The position numbers and the translations under genes are program-made. Below, piece by piece: positions 62,694 to 64,000 of a stretch of DNA of 64,000 nt (positions within the stretch are counted from its first letter, which is position 1; each line of letters begins with the position of its first letter). Under the pieces are notes generated by a model. The model made no database searches, was not told the DNA's origin, and saw nothing but the letters and a program-made list of their open reading frames with translations. Source of the DNA: Podarcis vaucheri (lineage: Eukaryota); NCBI GenBank assembly GCA_965113315.1, contig OZ220368.1; one strand, written 5' to 3'.

Positions 62694-64000
62694 ATGGCAA
62701 ATTTTCATTTTGGTATTTCCACCAACAGAGACACTCTTTGAACAACTGGGTGAGAGACATGGATATAGCATCTTCAGTGAGATGCTATTTGTGCAAACCT
62801 GTGTTCAGCCTCCTCTCCTCAGAGCCAGGTAAGTTGCCAAGAACACCAGATCTGATGCTTTGTGGAAGAGGCATACATTGCCATCTGGGGCTCTAGTCAA
62901 GCCCATGAGTGTGGTGGCATCAGGTATGTCTGACACTGAGAGTCACAAGACTGCAACCTCTAGCGAGAGGTTTACCATGTGCCAGCAAGGCCACGTCCAC
63001 TTTGCAAAGGACGTTCAGAAACGGTGGGGCTGCTCCCTTGGGTAGGCTACATATGAGCCTTTCTGTGCCTCCAGGATGGAAAAGCAGCAGCCCCCATGAC
63101 ATGATTGCCATGACAACCGAGTCTCGGCAGCAGCAGGAGGGAATAAGACAACCCAAAAAGGGAACACACACTGACACACTATACAAAACACCACTCGGGC
63201 AGTTTCTCCAGTGGCCCCGACACACACACAATGGCCTGGCTGTTTAGCTCCATCAGCAAAAGCCAACATTTATAGAGAGGGGAACCAATTGGGCTGGCAT
63301 CCAAAGCACAAATGGGCTCTAGTCTTAAGAGTGAAAGCCACAGCCCTGAGGCCAAGAAGGAGCTTTCCCCCTTCCCCACCTCCTTGGCAGCCTCGCTACA
63401 TAGAAATGTCTGATCCAGGAAGATTCCCCACAGAGAGGATTCTGTCCTCTTATTTCCCTGTCAGCCCAGACTCTGTCCTAATCTTGTTTTTGACAGCAGA
63501 ATGCATCCTAAAACTATCCCTGCTAAAAACTGAGATCAGATTCTTTCTCACATACGGCTAGTACAGCGCTGTGCCTAGCAACTGCCCGCCAGTAATGAAC
63601 AGCCTGAGTTGTGAGTGAGTTTATTAAGAGCTTCGGCTCACTGTTTCATGATCCACCATGGAGGACGTCTCCCTTCCTTTGCTTTCCAGTCAGATCAGAG
63701 GGTTTTCTTGCATTGGTCAGAACAGATAGGATAACTTGGGGACTCTTGTTATCAACATAAGCTGCTCATTTCCCTGTTTTATTCTGCAGCTGTTGAGAAC
63801 TAGAAACTTAGGAAGCAGAGAAGCACAGTCTAGAACAATTTCAAAGTTAAGTACCTAATTGACATGGATAGAAAGCCCAAGTAATTGGAGAAAAGCCTGA
63901 GCCTATCAGACTCAATCAGCAAATGCTTTTTCTTGCTACTCAGCTTGAGAGAGACCATTAGCTCTTCTGTAAGAGCATTAGTGCTATCCTGAAAGTGCCT

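Noticed and set aside
62557-62760. Poly-Asn ORF
   Set aside because: Artefact of the (ATT)n microsatellite.

Overview
Vertebrate genomic DNA, inferred to be a squamate and probably a lacertid-type lizard, from a Sauria/Squam1 SINE and other squamate-type repeats. It holds two convergent genes. INAVA/C1orf106 (+) is complete: 9 coding exons, 969..16265, about 601 aa, with a CUPID coiled-coil and a C-terminal ITQV. KIF21B (-) has exons 2-35 in 21514..59492 (kinesin-4 motor, coiled-coil stalk, WD40 tail); exon 1 lies beyond the window. All exons were placed by hand on GT-AG sites with consistent phases. Introns carry CR1, L1 and L2 LINE fragments, SINEs, hAT and Tc1/mariner MITEs and one solo LTR, including several nested insertions. 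Most notable are: (1) the two 3' ends appear to meet in a ~50-bp bidirectional poly(A) element, with no MROH3 between them; (2) KIF21B has two alternative C-termini and a 39-nt exon in a neuronal-type splicing context; (3) a 294-bp solo LTR carries a duplicated CCAAT/CRE/octamer module and a CTCF motif; (4) there is a candidate poison exon; (5) INAVA introns contain NF-kB/AP-1 motif clusters. I found no convincing evidence of a wholly new biological system. Comparisons to human proteins are from memory, not database searches.
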